From Chiloscyllium plagiosum (Eukaryota), in the NCBI RefSeq assembly GCF_004010195.1, contig NC_057755.1:3867462-3931461 (forward strand): a stretch of DNA of 64,000 nucleotides. The letters are read 5' to 3'. The stretch's first letter is position 1. Every line of letters begins with the position of its first letter. The notes under the pieces were generated by a model. It ran no database searches. It had not been told where the DNA came from and saw nothing but the letters and a program-made list of their open reading frames with translations. Below are positions 12,290-26,489 of the stretch, piece by piece. A program made the translations under genes and the position numbers.

Positions 12290-15200
12290 TTATTGATGGG
12301 CCTATGGGTGTTCATTGATGATGCAGTTGAATATGGTTAGAGCCAGAATGTTTCCAGAGGAACTCTTGCAGAGATGTCCTGAAGGTGAAATTGTTGACAT
12401 GAACAATAACAACAGACTTCACACCTGCACACACACAACATGGGTGCGGGAGAAAAATAAGCACTAGCACAATTTGGCGGTAGTGTGGGGACATAAAACA
12501 CAAACAGAAGGATCTGAGTCTCTGTTCACTTTGAGAGCTGGCTCTGAGGGAGCTGGATCACACACACACGAAACAACAGTCTTCCTTCTTGCTAGTTATT
12601 GCTGCAACCTGCAGAGACTTTTCTCTGGATTTTCATTGACCGTGGTTTTTCCTTGGCCTCCTAGTGTCACACTTGGTCAAGTGGTACCATGACGTTGAGG
12701 GGAGTTCCTCTACCTTCTCGTCTCGAGTTTAACTTCTTTGAAAAAAAGGCTGTAATCAATGGCTCTTGTGGCACTCAAACTGGCCATCAGTAAGCAGGTT
12801 ATTGCTGACCATGTATTGCTTGATAGCCCTGTTAATGACACCTTCCTTCCCATTTCCATGTTAGAGAATGGACAGATGAGACGTTAATTCACAACAGATT
12901 GGCCCTCGTTTTTCTGTGTAAAACATGCCTGGGAATTTTTCACATTCTCGGTCCATGCCAGTGCTGTTGCAGCATCAGAAAACATTGGCTCAGCAGGTGT
13001 CAAGTTTTCGATATTTCAGTTGTCAGGACCCACAACCTTTTCAGTATTTAGTGTCCCCTGTAATTCCATAACATGAGGGAGAGTGAATTGAATTGGCTGG
13101 AGACTGGGATCTGTGAACATGGGACCTCACGAGAAGGCTGAAATGGATGAATGGCTTGGTATTTTCGGTTGAGGATTGTTGCAAATGCTTCAGCTTTATC
13201 TTTTGCACTGATGTCCTGGACTCCCCCATAACTGAGGGTTTAGTTGGTGGAGAGCAGCCTTCTCACCCAGTGATTTAATTGTCCACCATCTTTTTTTGAG
13301 TAAATATGCCAGAGCGTGGATCTGCAGATCATTGATGCGATGCAAAAACAGAAATTATTGGTGGAACACAGCAGGTCTGGCAGCATCAGTGGAAGGAAAG
13401 CGGAGTTTCATTGGTTGTTTGATCACTTAGCTCTGTCCGTCACTTGTTGCAGAGAAAAGTCGTCCTGTTCTGTAGCTTCACCAGGTTGGAACCTCGTATG
13501 TTCTTTTTCAGTTCTGCTGTTTGTATGTTCTGTTGTACTATTCATTGAACCAGTCAGAAGACTTCCTATTCCTTTTCAATGTTGTAATTTGACCAGCTTC
13601 CACCATAGAGCCATTGGGTCATAAAGCATGGAATCAGATACTTCCATGCATCCAGTCCAATTTGAACATACTCCCAAATTAACCGGTACCACTCACCTGC
13701 TCCTGACACTCCTATTCATGTATCCATCCAAATGTCTTTGTTCCATATATACATCACCCTCTGCATCAAGGGACTAACCCATTCCCACCCCCCGCCCACA
13801 CACACAGACCACCGCCAGATCACTTTCAATTCTTTTCCCTCTCACTTTATATCTATGCCCTCTAGATTTGGACTCCGTTACCCTGTGGAAGACCTTGACT
13901 ATTTACCCTATCCATGCCCCTCATGATTTTATGAACCTCGATAAATTCTACCCTCAGCCTCTGATGCCTCAGAGTAAAAACCGCCCCAGGCTATCCAAAA
14001 CCTCCAGTCAGCTATGTTGTGCAGCTGGTCTATGATTGTCTGTGCAAAGTATAATTCTGATGCTGCAGGTGGCCCACTAAACGTCATGAACACCTCGTCA
14101 TAAGTTGGTCGAGCTGTTTGAAGTCTGTCTCATTTCACACAGAGACAGTGTCACATCACATAATGCAGCAACTATAAAATGTGGGTCAGGTAGATTCGTG
14201 GCAATGCATTTTGGAGTGTGCCAGCACAATCTGCAGGTGCTGCTGCTAAGCCTGTCTTGGTGATGGACACTGAAGCCTCCCATACAGAGTCCATTCTCTG
14301 TCCTTTCCACATTCAATGTTGTGCTCAAACAGGGAAATTTGAGGGATTCGGTAATTGATAATCAGCAGAATGTTTTTGAGTTCGTATTTAACCTGATGCC
14401 AGAAGGATTCTTGGGGACAGGCATCAATTCTGAGCACTTCCAGGGTACCCCCCTCCCCGACTGTATCCCACAGAGCTGCAACCTCTGCAGGATCTGTCCT
14501 GCCAGTGGGATAGGACCTACCCTGCGACTATCATAGTTTTGTCTGCGACATTGTCTGGAATGTGGGATTCTGTGAGCGTGACTATGTTTGATTGTTGCTG
14601 GAATAGTCTGTGAGAAATATATTAAATTTTATACAATAATGAGAAACCCCTCTTTGTTTCTTTGGCTCTTAAGATCTAACGAAAATCACGGTTTTATTCA
14701 GTTGAAGACTATTCACTTCAACAATCAGAATGCACAGCAAATTATTGCTAAATTTAGTAACGATCCTCACTAGCTGATTATTGCTCAGTTCAATAATTGC
14801 AATAAACAGCTGAATCATGTTTAGATGAGTAAGCACATGATCTTTGCACGACCATATACATCAATAACCGGATTGAAACGCCGGAATCTAAATATAGTCT
14901 TCCTGGATAACATTGGCACCACAGGTAAAGAGTGACGAGCCCCTAAGTATCTCCAGACAGCTCCCAATATGGATCTGGACAGTTATTCAAACATTTCCTC
15001 ACAATAGAGAACTTAAATCTGTTATGAACAAGGGGGAAGTGCGTGGAGCAGATTGGCCAATGGACCAGCACAAGGCTCAGGGAAATTTTTACCATTTATG
15101 CAAATGAGCTGCCAATGTCTCTTAAGTTCGTCCATGTTTTTGACATCCAGTGAGTCACGTAAGCTTAATAATTTTACACTTTAGAGCATACCCTTTCTGA

Positions 15201-16059
15201 AGGTGTTCGAAAAGTGATGGATTATGTGGCATCTTGCATGGAATCCCTCATCAACAATATCCAGTGTATATTAGCTCCACAATCCCAGTGTCTGAACAGA
15301 ATTGTGCATCTACATTAAAGGCCAGCATGCTCCCAACTAACATTATTGTGTGTTACACAAACTTGAAATTTTATGAAGATGTTTGCAATATCGTATGTAT
15401 CATTCACAGCAAAGAGTAATCATTGAAGATCATAAATGCTTTGATCATAGTCACTTGATTGTCCAATGAACAAATCCACCCATTTGTTGAATTCAATTTT
15501 CAGATTGAAATCTTATGAAAACATAGCTGAGTCTGTTTATCGCACCAAGGATCAAATTATTACTTAGCCCAAGCACTTTGAAAATATCCTATTATTTATC
15601 CCTCGAATGAAAATATTCTACATCCTAATTGTTTTCATGACAATAATTTAACTATGTTTCCAAGTATTCCAGATACGAGGACATATTAAATTTGTTCTAT
15701 CTATCTCGCATGTGAGTAATCTGGGATATGAATCTCAGTTTCTGAGTGATGCTAAGTACTTAGGCCGTGCCTCTGAAAGACTGACAGATTGTTCCAAACA
15801 GCATATCACTTCAATTCTTCACAACAAGCAAGGTACCGCCTGCAACCAACCAGCTTCCACTCAAAAAACATCAAACCCTGTGTCCACCATTCGTCATGAT
15901 TGGACAACAAATTTAATGAATCCTAATCCATTCATGGGCATCGTTGGTTGGGTCAGCATTTATTGCCCATCTCTAGTGGTTGCTGAGAATGTGTTGGTGA
16001 GGTATTTTCCTGAACTGTTGTTTTCTGTGTACTGTAATAGGCTCACAATACCGTTATGA

Positions 16060-17280
16060 AGGGCTGTAAATAGACAGGCAGGAGACTGAGATAACACAGC
16101 AAGCCAGATAGCATCAGCGGGTGGAGACATCGATGATTTGGATGCAATCGTTCTTCAGGACTGGGCTAAGAGGCGGTGGAGATGTCGACGTTTTTTTGTC
16201 TCTAATGACGAAATGTGAAGCAGAGATACTAACAGAAAGGTGATATATTTCCAATCAAGGAAGATGATTGACTTGGATGGGAATTTGTAGTGCATGGTGG
16301 TTCCATGTATCTGCTGCCCATACCCTTTGTAATGATGTGGGTTTGAAGGTACATTATTTGAGGAAATTTGGTGCATTTCTGCAATGCATCTGGTAGTTGG
16401 TACATATTGCTGCTACTGAGAGTCAGTGGTGGAAATAAGGTGGTTGTAGTGGCCATCAAGTGAACTGTTTTATCCCGGATAGTGTCAAGCATCTTGAGTG
16501 TTGTTGCAGCCTCACTCATCTCGGCAAATGGGGAGTTGTCCACCACACTCCTGATTTGGATCTATAAGATGGTGGACAGGTGGAAGTCAGGAAGTGAGTT
16601 ATTCCCTGCAGTATTCCCGCTTCAGTCCTGCCTTGTCACCATTGTATTAAAATGGATTGTCAACTTCAGAGTCTGGTCAATGCTAATCTCAACACGTTGA
16701 TAGTTGAGGAATCAGCAACGGTAACCTCATTGATGTCCCAGGGCGATGATGTGATTCTCTGTTGTTAGAGTTGATCACTGTCTGGCATTTATGTGTCATG
16801 TATGCGATTTACCACTTTTCATTCCAAGCCTGGATATTGCCCCGGTCTCACTGCATTTCGATAAGGACTACTTCAGTACCTGAGTAGTCGCACATACTGC
16901 TGAACACAGTGTAAACATCAGCTAATATCCCCATGTCTGACCCTGTGATGGAGAGGAGTCCATTGATGAAATTACCGAAGATGATTTGGCCGAAGACACT
17001 CCTTTGAGGACAGAGATGCCCTGCAGCTGTGGTGACGAACCTCAAAGAACCACAACTTTCTTCTTTTCTGCCAGGGATGACTCCATCCAGTGGAGAGATC
17101 CCCCGATTTCCATTGCATCCAGATTTGCTCAGGCTCCTTGAAGCCACATCAGGCCATATGCAGCCTTAAAGTTAAGTATTGTCAGCCTCAACCCACCTCT
17201 GGAATTCAGCTTTTTTAGTCCATGTTTGAACAAAGGCTGGAATGCGGTCAGGGGCTGATTGGTGCCACTGAGCAGGTTGT
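16060..17280 (-). mobile_element. Decayed LINE RT and 3-prime region (related copy at ~52800-53430 on +)
   Basis: QRSVFGQIIFGNFINGLLSITGSDMGILADVYTVF (RT motif remnant) and AATTLKMLDTIRDK. Clade not determined. Confidence 0.7.
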
Positions 17281-17562
17281 TGTCTGTCAGTGAAGCACGG
17301 ACTCTCCTGCGGACTCTCTCCACCCATCATCTATTCTTTAGGCCGTGGCTTTTTTGTTTCACCTCAGACTGCAGTAGCGTTTGCGCTTGTTTCCTTTAGC
17401 TGGAGTTATGGTGGAGATGCCGGTTCAGGACTACCTCACGTTTGCAATCTCGGAGATCCTGGATCTCCCGTTATTCTCACTAAGGGTCTCCACACAGCTG
17501 CTGACTGGGGAGGAGTTTCGGGTGGAACAGATGCTGTGGGCACTCTGTCACTCAGGTATCTT
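16863..17562 (+). repeat. Local duplication copy 1 (paralogous to 18555-19287)
   Basis: From aaggactacttcagtacctgagtagtcgca to cactcaggtatctt; includes a junction between two different LINE fragments. Confidence 0.9.
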
Positions 17563-18100
17563 AGTCATCATCAGGTCGGCTGTGAAACACTGCCAGAGAA
17601 AAACTTCCTTCGGTGGGATAGTCATAGTTCGAGGTTGGTGTGGAATGAATCTTTTGTCTTCTCCATTGTGTCGAGATTGAGCGCAGAGGCACTGACAGCT
17701 GAGAGGACTTCTTCTGCTCCAGGGTGTGTCAGAGGGTCACGAGGAGCTCATTTACACCACAGGGGATTTGTTGGAATGTCTGACCAATTTATTTGTTGTG
17801 GTGAAACCGATCCCATTGAGACAATGTCCTGTGTTTGCTTTTCCAGAAAAAGGTATACCCGCCATCTTTTTCTTTACGTTGCCTTTCTCCAGCCAGTCAT
17901 ATCCCACTCCAGGCGGTGATGACAATTTTGTAATGCTGTGCGATTGCAGCAGTGTATCATTCAGGTCTATTGGTGCTGGTGTTATCCATCAGGTTCCTGA
18001 TAGTCCAGCTCCCAGATTCATTTGCGGGTGGGGCAGGGTTTTGATGCAATCTGCCCGTTTGTAGATCCTTTTACTGTGGAGTGGTCACTGCACACCAATC
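17290..18100 (-). mobile_element. RTE-clade LINE endonuclease fragment
   Basis: Minus strand reads WTIRNLMDNTSTNRPE...LAGERQRKEKDGGYTF, typical of the RTE apurinic endonuclease N-terminus. Confidence 0.7.
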
Positions 18101-18320
18101 AGCAATGGTCACAACGGAGGGAGGTCTGGAGCCAATGACAGGGAAAATCCGAGAGAACTGAAGACCAGGCTCTGCTTTAGGATCCTGTTGGGCTTGTTGG
18201 AACAGGGACTGGACAGAGAGGGCTTCTGTTATCTCCAAATAATGGAGGGACAAGAAACCTCTGATGGAACTGAGCAGCTGCCTTTTCCTGTTTCTGAAAT
18301 ACTCGCTTCTGAGTTCAGGG

Positions 18321-18554
18321 NNNNNNNNNNNNNNNNNNNNNNNNNNNNNNNNNNNNNNNNNNNNNNNNNNNNNNNNNNNNNNNNNNNNNNNNNNNNNNNN
18401 NNNNNNNNNNNNNNNNNNNNNNNNNNNNNNNNNNNNNNNNNNNNNNNNNNNNNNNNNNNNNNNNNNNNNNNNNNNNNNNNNNNNNNNNNNNNNNNNNNNN
18501 NNNNNNNNNNNNNNNNNNNNNNNNNNNNNNNNNNNNNNNNNNNNNNNNNNNNNN
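18321..18554. other. Assembly gap
   Basis: Run of N. Confidence 1.
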
Positions 18555-19287
18555 AAGGACTACTTCAGTACCTGAGTAGTCGCAAATGCTGCTGTACACA
18601 ATGTAATCATCAGCAAATGTCCCCATGTCTGACCCTGTGATGGAGGGGAGTCCATTGATGAAATTACTGAAGATGGTTAGGCCTAAGACACTCCTTTGAG
18701 GAGAAAGAAGCCCTGCATCTGTGGTGACTGACCTCAAAGAACCACAACTTTCTTCTTTTCTGCCAAGGATGACTCTATCCAGTGGAGAGTTCCCCCGATT
18801 TCCATTGCATCCAGTTTTGCTCAGGCTCCTTGAAGCCACACCAGGCCATATGTAGCCTTGAAGGTAAGTACAGTCAGCCTCACCCCACTTCTAGAATTCA
18901 GCTCTTTTAGTCCATGTTTGGACTAAGGCTAGAATGAGATCCGGAGCTGAGTGGTGTCACTGAGCAGGTTGTTGTCTGTCAGAGAATCACGGACTCTCCT
19001 GCTGACTCACTCCACCCATCATCTATTATTTAGGTCGTGGCTTCTTAGTTTCACCTCAGACTGCAGTTGCGTTTCCGCTTGTTTCCTTTAGCTGAAGTTA
19101 TGGTGGAGCTGTCGGTTCAGGACTACGTCACGTTTGCGATCTCGGAGATCCTGGATCTCCAGTTATTCTCACTGAGCCAATCCTGGGGTTTCCTGTTTGA
19201 GAGGCTGAGGGTCTCCATACAGCTGCTGCCTGGGGAGGAGTTTATGGTGGACCAGATGCTGTGGGCACTCTGTCACTCAGGTATCTT
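18555..19287 (+). repeat. Local duplication copy 2
   Basis: About 85-90 percent identical to 16863-17562, with an extra ~33-nt block near 19173-19206; begins at the gap edge. Confidence 0.9.
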
Positions 19288-19829
19288 GTAGATGCTGAGC
19301 AAGCTTTGGCCAAGAGGAAATGGGAAGAGCTCCGCAGTAAGACACTCTCAGCAGGATTCCAAGCATCTGAACTGCTGTTGGACCCACAGGATTTGTTTGG
19401 CTACGCCTGTTCAATTTCTGATCAATGGTAACTGTCGGGAACTTAATCTTGATAATGCCATTGAAACACAAGGACCTTGCTCGAGATGGTCATGTTGCAA
19501 GATCTGATTGTCCAGGTCTTGCACCATTTGAACATGGACTGCTTCAGGAATTGAGGACCTTCAAATGGTGGCTTCGCAAAAAAAAACAAAAATGGTTTAG
19601 TCTGTTCCACATTCTCATTTGTGAAATCTCTCTGGGTAATCAAAGTTCAAGGACGGGATCAATTTCTGACCATAACAAGTTGCTCCTTTTTTGAGGTATT
19701 TGAGGTGTTGAAGGTGATTCCCTCAAATTCCAGGAGCAACAATTACTGTTTTGTATGCAGTTGCGATGTTTTGGAACTTTGGAAAATTAATTGAAACCAA
19801 CAGCACTTGTAAAAGGGACAGGAACATAC

Positions 19830-19858
19830 AAAGGAAATACAAGGTGAGGTCAGTGCAG

Positions 19859-19900
<42 letters not shown>

Positions 19901-19961
19901 AAGAGAGAGAGAGAGAGAGAGACTTCACCACAATGTATCTGCACAGTTACTGTCTTTACTG

Positions 19962-20015
<54 letters not shown>

Positions 20016-23000
20016 GGACAGACAGAGAGAGAGAGACTTCACCACAATGAATCTGCACAATTACTGTCTTTACTGTTTGAATTCATGTATCGCTGGACAT
20101 CAGAGTCCGTCTGGGAAAATGAACAAACAGCGGCATTCGCTACTGACCTTGGAGGAACCTGTTTGGGAGGGGTCACTGCACATAAACAGATAAGTGAATA
20201 TTTTAAATGTGGCCGTACAGTAACTTTGCAGTAGTGAGTTAACTGGGTTCTTTTCTTGATAATATGTTTTATTAATATATGTCTCTTGATTAAACTTAAG
20301 AATATAAGCCATAAGTATTAAGTTAGCCTGGAGTGGTGTTTTGTAGAGGGACGAGAATGGGCTATTTCTTGGTCCTTGTATTGAAAAAAGAAAAAAAAGT
20401 GGGCCTTAGTTGAGTGATACGCTGTTCTTGCCGATTGCGGTAGTTTAGGGAGAGTTTACGTGTATTTGCAGATTATATCTGCAATATATGCATTGATTGT
20501 GAACTCTATCAGATCGTTTGGATCGTTGGAGAGAAAATGAGGAATTTACAAGAGCAAGGGTGTGTGATGGATGGCAGTTGCAGGAAGTTAGAAAAGTCAC
20601 AGATACGGTCACATAGATGGTGTAACTCCAGGAAAGTTATCACAGGTAGGTAGGTAGTTCAGGAGCATTCTGTGGCTATCCCGATTTCAAACAAGCATGC
20701 TGTTTTCGAAAATGTTAGGGGTGATGGATCCTCAGAGGAATGTAGCATTAACCGTTTAGTTTCTAGGATCTAGACTGGCTCAAATGCAATGAGGCTACGT
20801 CGGTTTCCAAGAGATCGATTGTGTTAGGGGACGCTCTAGTCCAAGATATAGACAGACGCTTCTGTGGCCAGCAACGAAAAGTAAGACTGGTGTGTTGCTT
20901 CCCTGGTGCTAGAATCAAGGATGCCTCAGAGAGGGTGCAGAGTGTTTTCAAGGGAGAGAGGGGGCCGCAGGAAGTCATTGCACACATTGGAACAAACGAG
21001 ATAGGAAGGGAAAAGACTGAGATTCTAAAGGGACATTACAGGGAGTTAGGCATAAATTTAAAAAGGAGGCCCTCGAGAGTAGTAATATCTGAATTACTCC
21101 CAGTACTCCGAACTAGCGAAGTCAGGAATAGAAGAATAGAGCAGATGAATGTATGTCTGAGGGGCTGGTGCATGGGAGATGGATTCGCAAATTTGGACCA
21201 TTGGAATCTCTTTTGGAGTGGAAGTGACCTGTAAAAGAAGGACGGATTGCACCTCAATTAGAAGGGGACTAATATACTGGCAAGGAAATTTGCTCGAGCT
21301 TCTCGGGAGGATTTCAAGTAGGAAGTTGGGGAGGATGGGGCCCAGGCAGATAGTGAGGAAAGAGATCAATCTGATACTGGTATAGTTGAGAACAGAAGCG
21401 AGTCAAACATTCAGGGCAGGCAGGGACAAGGTAGTACTAATAAATTAAACTGCATTTATTTCAATGCAAGGTGCCTAACAGGTAATGCAGATGGACTCAG
21501 GGCATGGTTAGAAACATGGGACTGGGATATCGTAGCAATTACAGAAACATGGCTCAGGGATGGGCAGGACTGGAAACTTGATGTTCCAGGATACAAATGC
21601 TGCAGGAAGGATAGAAAGGGAGGCAAGAGAGGAGGGGGTGGTGGCATTTTTGATAAGGGATAGCATTACAGCTGTGTTAAGGGAAGATAGTTCCAGAAAT
21701 ACATCCAGGAACGTTATTTGGGTGGAACTGAGAAATTAGAAAGGGACGATCACCTTATTAGAATTGTATTATAGATCCCCAAATAGTCAGAGGGAAATTG
21801 AGAAACAAACTTGTAAGAAGAAGTTACAAGCTATCTGTAAGAATAATAGGGTGGTTATAGGAGGGAATTTTAACTTTCCAAACATAGACTGGAACTGCCC
21901 TAGTGTTGAGGGTTTAGATGGAGACGAATTTGTTAAGTGCGTGCAAGGCAATTTTCTGATTCTGTATGTGAATGTACCTACTAGAGAAGGTGCAAAACGT
22001 GACTTACTCTTGGGAAATAAGGAAGGACAGGTGACTGAGGTGTCAGTGGGGGTGCACTTTGGGGCCAGTGACCATAATTCTATTAGATTCAAAATAATGA
22101 TGGAAAAGGATAGACCAGATCTAAGAGCTGAAGTTCTAAATTGGAGAAATGCCAATTTTGATGGTATTAGGCAAGAACTTTCGAAAGCTGACTGGGGGCA
22201 AATGTTCTCAGGTAAAAGGACGGCTGGGAAATGGGAAGCCTTCAGAAATGAGATAACAAGAAGCCAGAGAAAGTATAGTCATGTCAGGGTGAAAGGAAAG
22301 GCTGGTAGGTATGGGGAATGCTTGATGACTAAAGAAATTGAGTGTTTGAATAAGAAAAAGAAGAAAGCATATGTAAGGTATAGACAGGATAGATCGAGTG
22401 AATCCTCAGATGAGTATAAAGGAAGTAGGAGTATACGTAAGAGGGAAAACAGAAGGGCAAAAAGAAGACATGAGATAGCTTTGGCAAATAGAATTAAGGA
22501 GAATCCAAAGAGTTTTTACAAATACATTAAGGACAAAAGGCAAACTAGGGAGAGAATAGCCCCCCTCACAGATCAGCAAGGCGGCGTTTGTGTGGAGATG
22601 CAGAAAATGTGGGGAGGGGAGGGGGGATACAAAATGAATATTTTGCAACAGTATATACTGTGGAAAAGGATATGGAAGAGATAGACTATAGGGAAATAGA
22701 TGGGGACATCTTGCAAAATGTCTATATTACAGAGGAGGAAGTACTGGATGTCTTGAAACGGGTAAAGGTGGATAAATCTTCAGGACCTGCTCTGTTGTAC
22801 CCTAGAACTCTATGGGCAGCTAGAGAAGTGATTGCTGGGCCTCGTACTGAGATGTTTGTGTCATTAATAGTCACTTATGAGGTGCCAGAAGATTGGAGGT
22901 TGGCTTGCGTGGTGCCACTATTCAAGAAGGATGGTAAGGACAAGCCAGGGAACTATAGACCAGTGAGCCTGACATCGGTGGTGTGCAAATTATTGGAGGG

Positions 23001-24243
23001 AATCATGAGGGAAAGGTTGTACATGTACTTTGAAAGGCAAAAACTGATTAGGGATGGTCAACATGGCTCTGTGCATGGGAAATCATGTCTCACAAAATTG
23101 ATTGAGTTTTTTGATGAAGTAACAAAGAGGATTGACGAGGGCAGAGCTGTAGTATGTGATCCATATGGACTTTCAGTAAGCCGTTCGATAGGGTTCCCCA
23201 TGGGAGTCTGATTAGAAAGGTGAAATCTCACGGAATACATGGGGGAATGAGGCATTGGACTCAGAACTGGCTGAAAGGTAGAAGACAGAGGGTGGTGGTG
23301 GAGGGTTGTTTTTCAGACTGGAGGCCTGTGACCAGTGGAGCGCTGCATGGATCGGTGCTGGTTCGTCTTCCTTTTGTCAATTACCTCAGGCTACAACAGG
23401 ATCTTGACCAGATTGGCCAATTGGCTGAGAAGTGACAAATGGATTTTAATTCAAATAAATGAGAGATGATGCATTATGGGAAAACAAATCTTGGCACGAC
23501 TTATACACTTAATTGTAAGTCCGAGGATGTGTTGCTGAACAAAGAGACCTTGGAGTGCAGTTGCATTGCTCCTTGAAACTCGAGTCGCAGGTAGATAGGA
23601 TAGTGAAGAAGGCGTCTGGTATGCTTTCCTTTGTTGGTCAGAGTTTTGAGTACAGCATTTAGGACCTCATGTCCCGGCTGTACAGGACATTGCTTCGACC
23701 ACTGTTGGAATATTGCATGCAATTCTGGTCTCCTTCCTATCGGAAAGAAGTTGTAAAACTTGAAAGGGTTCAGAAAAAGAAACGCAAGCATGTTGCCAGG
23801 ATGGAGGATTTGAGCTATAAGGAGAGGCTGAACAGGCTGGGGCTGTATTCCCTGGAGCGTCGGAAGCCGAGGGGAGAACTTATGGAGGTTTATAAGATCA
23901 TGAGGGGCATGGATAGGGTAAATAGGCAAAGATTTTTCCCTGAGGTTGGGGAGTCTAGAACTAGTGGATACAGGTTCAGGGTGAGGGGGAAAGACATAAA
24001 AGACACCGAAGCATCAAAGTTTTCATGCAGAGGGTGGTACGTGTATGGAATGAGCTGCCAGAGGAAATGGTGGAGGCTGGTACGATTGCAACATTTAAGA
24101 GGCATTTGGATGTGTATATGAATAGGAAGGGTTTGGAGGATTATGGGCTAGGTGCTGGCCATGCGGTTGGAATATCTGGTCGGCATGGACGGGCTGGACC
24201 GAAGTGTCTGTTTCCATGCTGTACATCTCTATACTCGATGACT
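19830..24243 (+). mobile_element. Near full-length degenerate CR1 LINE (ORF1 SGNH esterase plus ORF2 APE-RT)
   Basis: ORF1 LGDALVQDIDRRFCG...VCCFPGARIKD...HIGTNEIG (20821-21310). ORF2 from ~21445 (CIYFNAR...DIVAITETWL) through the RT to the 3-prime tail; many frameshifts. Confidence 0.93.
19860..20080. repeat. (GA)n microsatellites within a two-unit tandem repeat
   Basis: GA tract followed by cttcaccacaatg(t/a)atctgcaca(g/a)ttactgtctttactgtttga occurs twice. Confidence 0.9.
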
Positions 24244-24244
24244 G

Positions 24245-24760
24245 TGGGAGGCAGGCTTGGTGATAAACCTGGTTAAAGGTGAATTGGACAGAGCTCAAGT
24301 CACCTTCCTGGGTCATGTTATTGGACATAGACAAATGACCTCATGCAATACAAAATCAATGGTATTTGAGGACTTTCACATACCATTGATGAAATGACCT
24401 GTACTATGGTTCCCTAGGATTGAGTCGATTTTCTCGGAAATTTGTCTCAAATTTTAGCCTTTGTGGTTGCTCCACTCACTGAAGTGCGAAAGAAAGGAAA
24501 GATGTTTCACTGCACAACGGACTGTCAGAAAGCATTTGATAGCCTGAAAACTATGTTAACCATTACCCTGGTTTTTGCCACACCTAAATACGTAAAATCA
24601 TTCAAACTGGCTGGATGCGAGCGATGTGAGTGCTGGTGCTGTGCCCCTGCAAAAAGACGGCAAGAAAATAGAAAGACCTATCAGACATTTCTCCAGGAAA
24701 TTGAACATTCATCAGCAGAAATAGTTGATGGTTGAGAAGGCTACTTTGAGCGTTACAAAA
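24245..24760 (+). mobile_element. Ty3/gypsy pol fragment (RT end to RNase H)
   Basis: AGLVINL...VTFLGHVIG, VVAPLTEVRKKGKMFHCTTDCQKAFDSLK. Confidence 0.8.
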
Positions 24761-24804
24761 TTTCAACGTTTACTTCCTCCCCCCCCCTCGCCCCAAAGAA
24801 AGAG

Positions 24805-25123
24805 TGGGAGAGAGAGAAAGAGGGAGGAGGTGAGAGAGAGACTGATAGAGAGAGAGTTAGGGAGGGAGGGAGACGGAGGGAGAAGGAAAGGGGGCGAGGG
24901 GGGAGTGAGAAANNNNNNNNNNNNNNNNNNNNNNNNNNNNNNNNNNNNNNNNNNNNNNNNNNNNNNNNNNNNNNNNNNNNNNNNNNNNNNNNNNNNNNNN
25001 NNNNNNNNNNNNNNNGAGGAGATACAGGGGGAGAGAAAATGATAGAAGGGGAGAGAGAGAGAAGGTGAGAGAGAGGGAGAGAGAGGGGTGTGGTGAGAGA
25101 CGGAGCGAGAGAGAGGGGTGAGG

Positions 25124-25157
<34 letters not shown>

Positions 25158-25162
25158 GAGAA
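24805..25162. repeat. Purine-rich (GA) low-complexity tract spanning a gap
   Basis: Direct inspection. Confidence 0.9.
24913..25015. other. Assembly gap
   Basis: Run of N. Confidence 1.
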
Positions 25163-26489
25163 ACACACGGCAGTTGGCAAGTTGAAACGAAAGATTACCT
25201 TGCTTCTCTACATCTCACATCAGTCGTACAACCAATTGTGTTGACGGATTCTGACTTATGACGTTATGATTGAGGGAGTGGCAGTTATTCAGTCACTAAA
25301 CACAATTAGGCCTCAGACACAGTCTTGAGGAACGCCAGAAGTGAAGTCCTGGAGTTTAAATGGCTGACCTCCAACAAACAGACCAGTCACACGTCGACCA
25401 GACCAGGTAGAGACAGTAGTTTTCTTTCCCCAAAAGGACATTAGTGAAACAATGGGATTTTACAACAATTGACAATAGTAGTATTTGAGGCACAATTCCA
25501 ATTACACATTAAACTGAAGTTCCGGAATCCATCATGATAAGACTTGTCAGAGGTAGTGATGCAGATTTTGGAGATTAGAGTCAAGATTAGAGTGGTGATG
25601 GAAAAGCACAGCAGGTCAGGCAGCATCTGAGGAGCAGGAAAATCGATGTTTCGGGCAAAAGCACTTCATCAGAACGAAGGGCTATTGCCTGAAACTTCGA
25701 TTTTCCTGGTCCTCGGATACTGCCTGTCCTGCTGTGCTCTTCCAGCACCATTATAATCATGATAAATCGACCTGAGTCCATCATAATACTTTGGAAGTAT
25801 CTGAATATTTCGAACCCAAACGTGATACTTTTGTTCCAATAAACAAAATAAAGGTTTTCTGTTTTGTTATTTAACATTGTGTGTAATATTCATTTCTCAT
25901 TATTTGATTTCTACCAAATGAGAATGTAGACATAATGGGGCTGAAAATTTCATTTAATTGGATTGACTGTGAACGATTGTGAAATCATTTATGTTACCTC
26001 TGATTGAGATGGGTTCATGTATTTGCTCAGTGGGAAGCCTGAAGGAATCATGGATACGCCGAGTGAACTGTTTTCCTGTGCAAAGTAAGGTATTAAGTAG
26101 AAAGGTAGAAGAATAATATACGTGTGAGAGGCACATCTGTCATGCGTGTGCTTGAATGTGTGTGTGTAATATGCCACATTCTTCCACATTGTGAGTGTTT
26201 CATGAAGAATTCTTTCTTTCATGAAGACGTTGGAATGTCTTGATCCTCCAGGTGCTCTGGTTTCCTCCCACAATCCAAAGATGTGCAGTTTAGATGAATT
26301 GACCAAGCTAAAGTGCCCATCGTGTTCGGGTAAGACAAGGTTGGGTGCATTCGTTGCGGCTCGGTGTAGAATATTAGGGCGGAGGAGTGGGCCTGAATGG
26401 GTTGCCCTTCGGAGGTTCGGCATGGACTTGTTGGGCCGAAGTGCCTGTTTCCACACTGTAGGGATTCTATTCTATACAGTAGGTTTGGT

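Noticed and set aside
17290..17919. 209-aa plus-strand ORF
   Set aside because: Antisense to the RTE endonuclease fragment; a shadow ORF.
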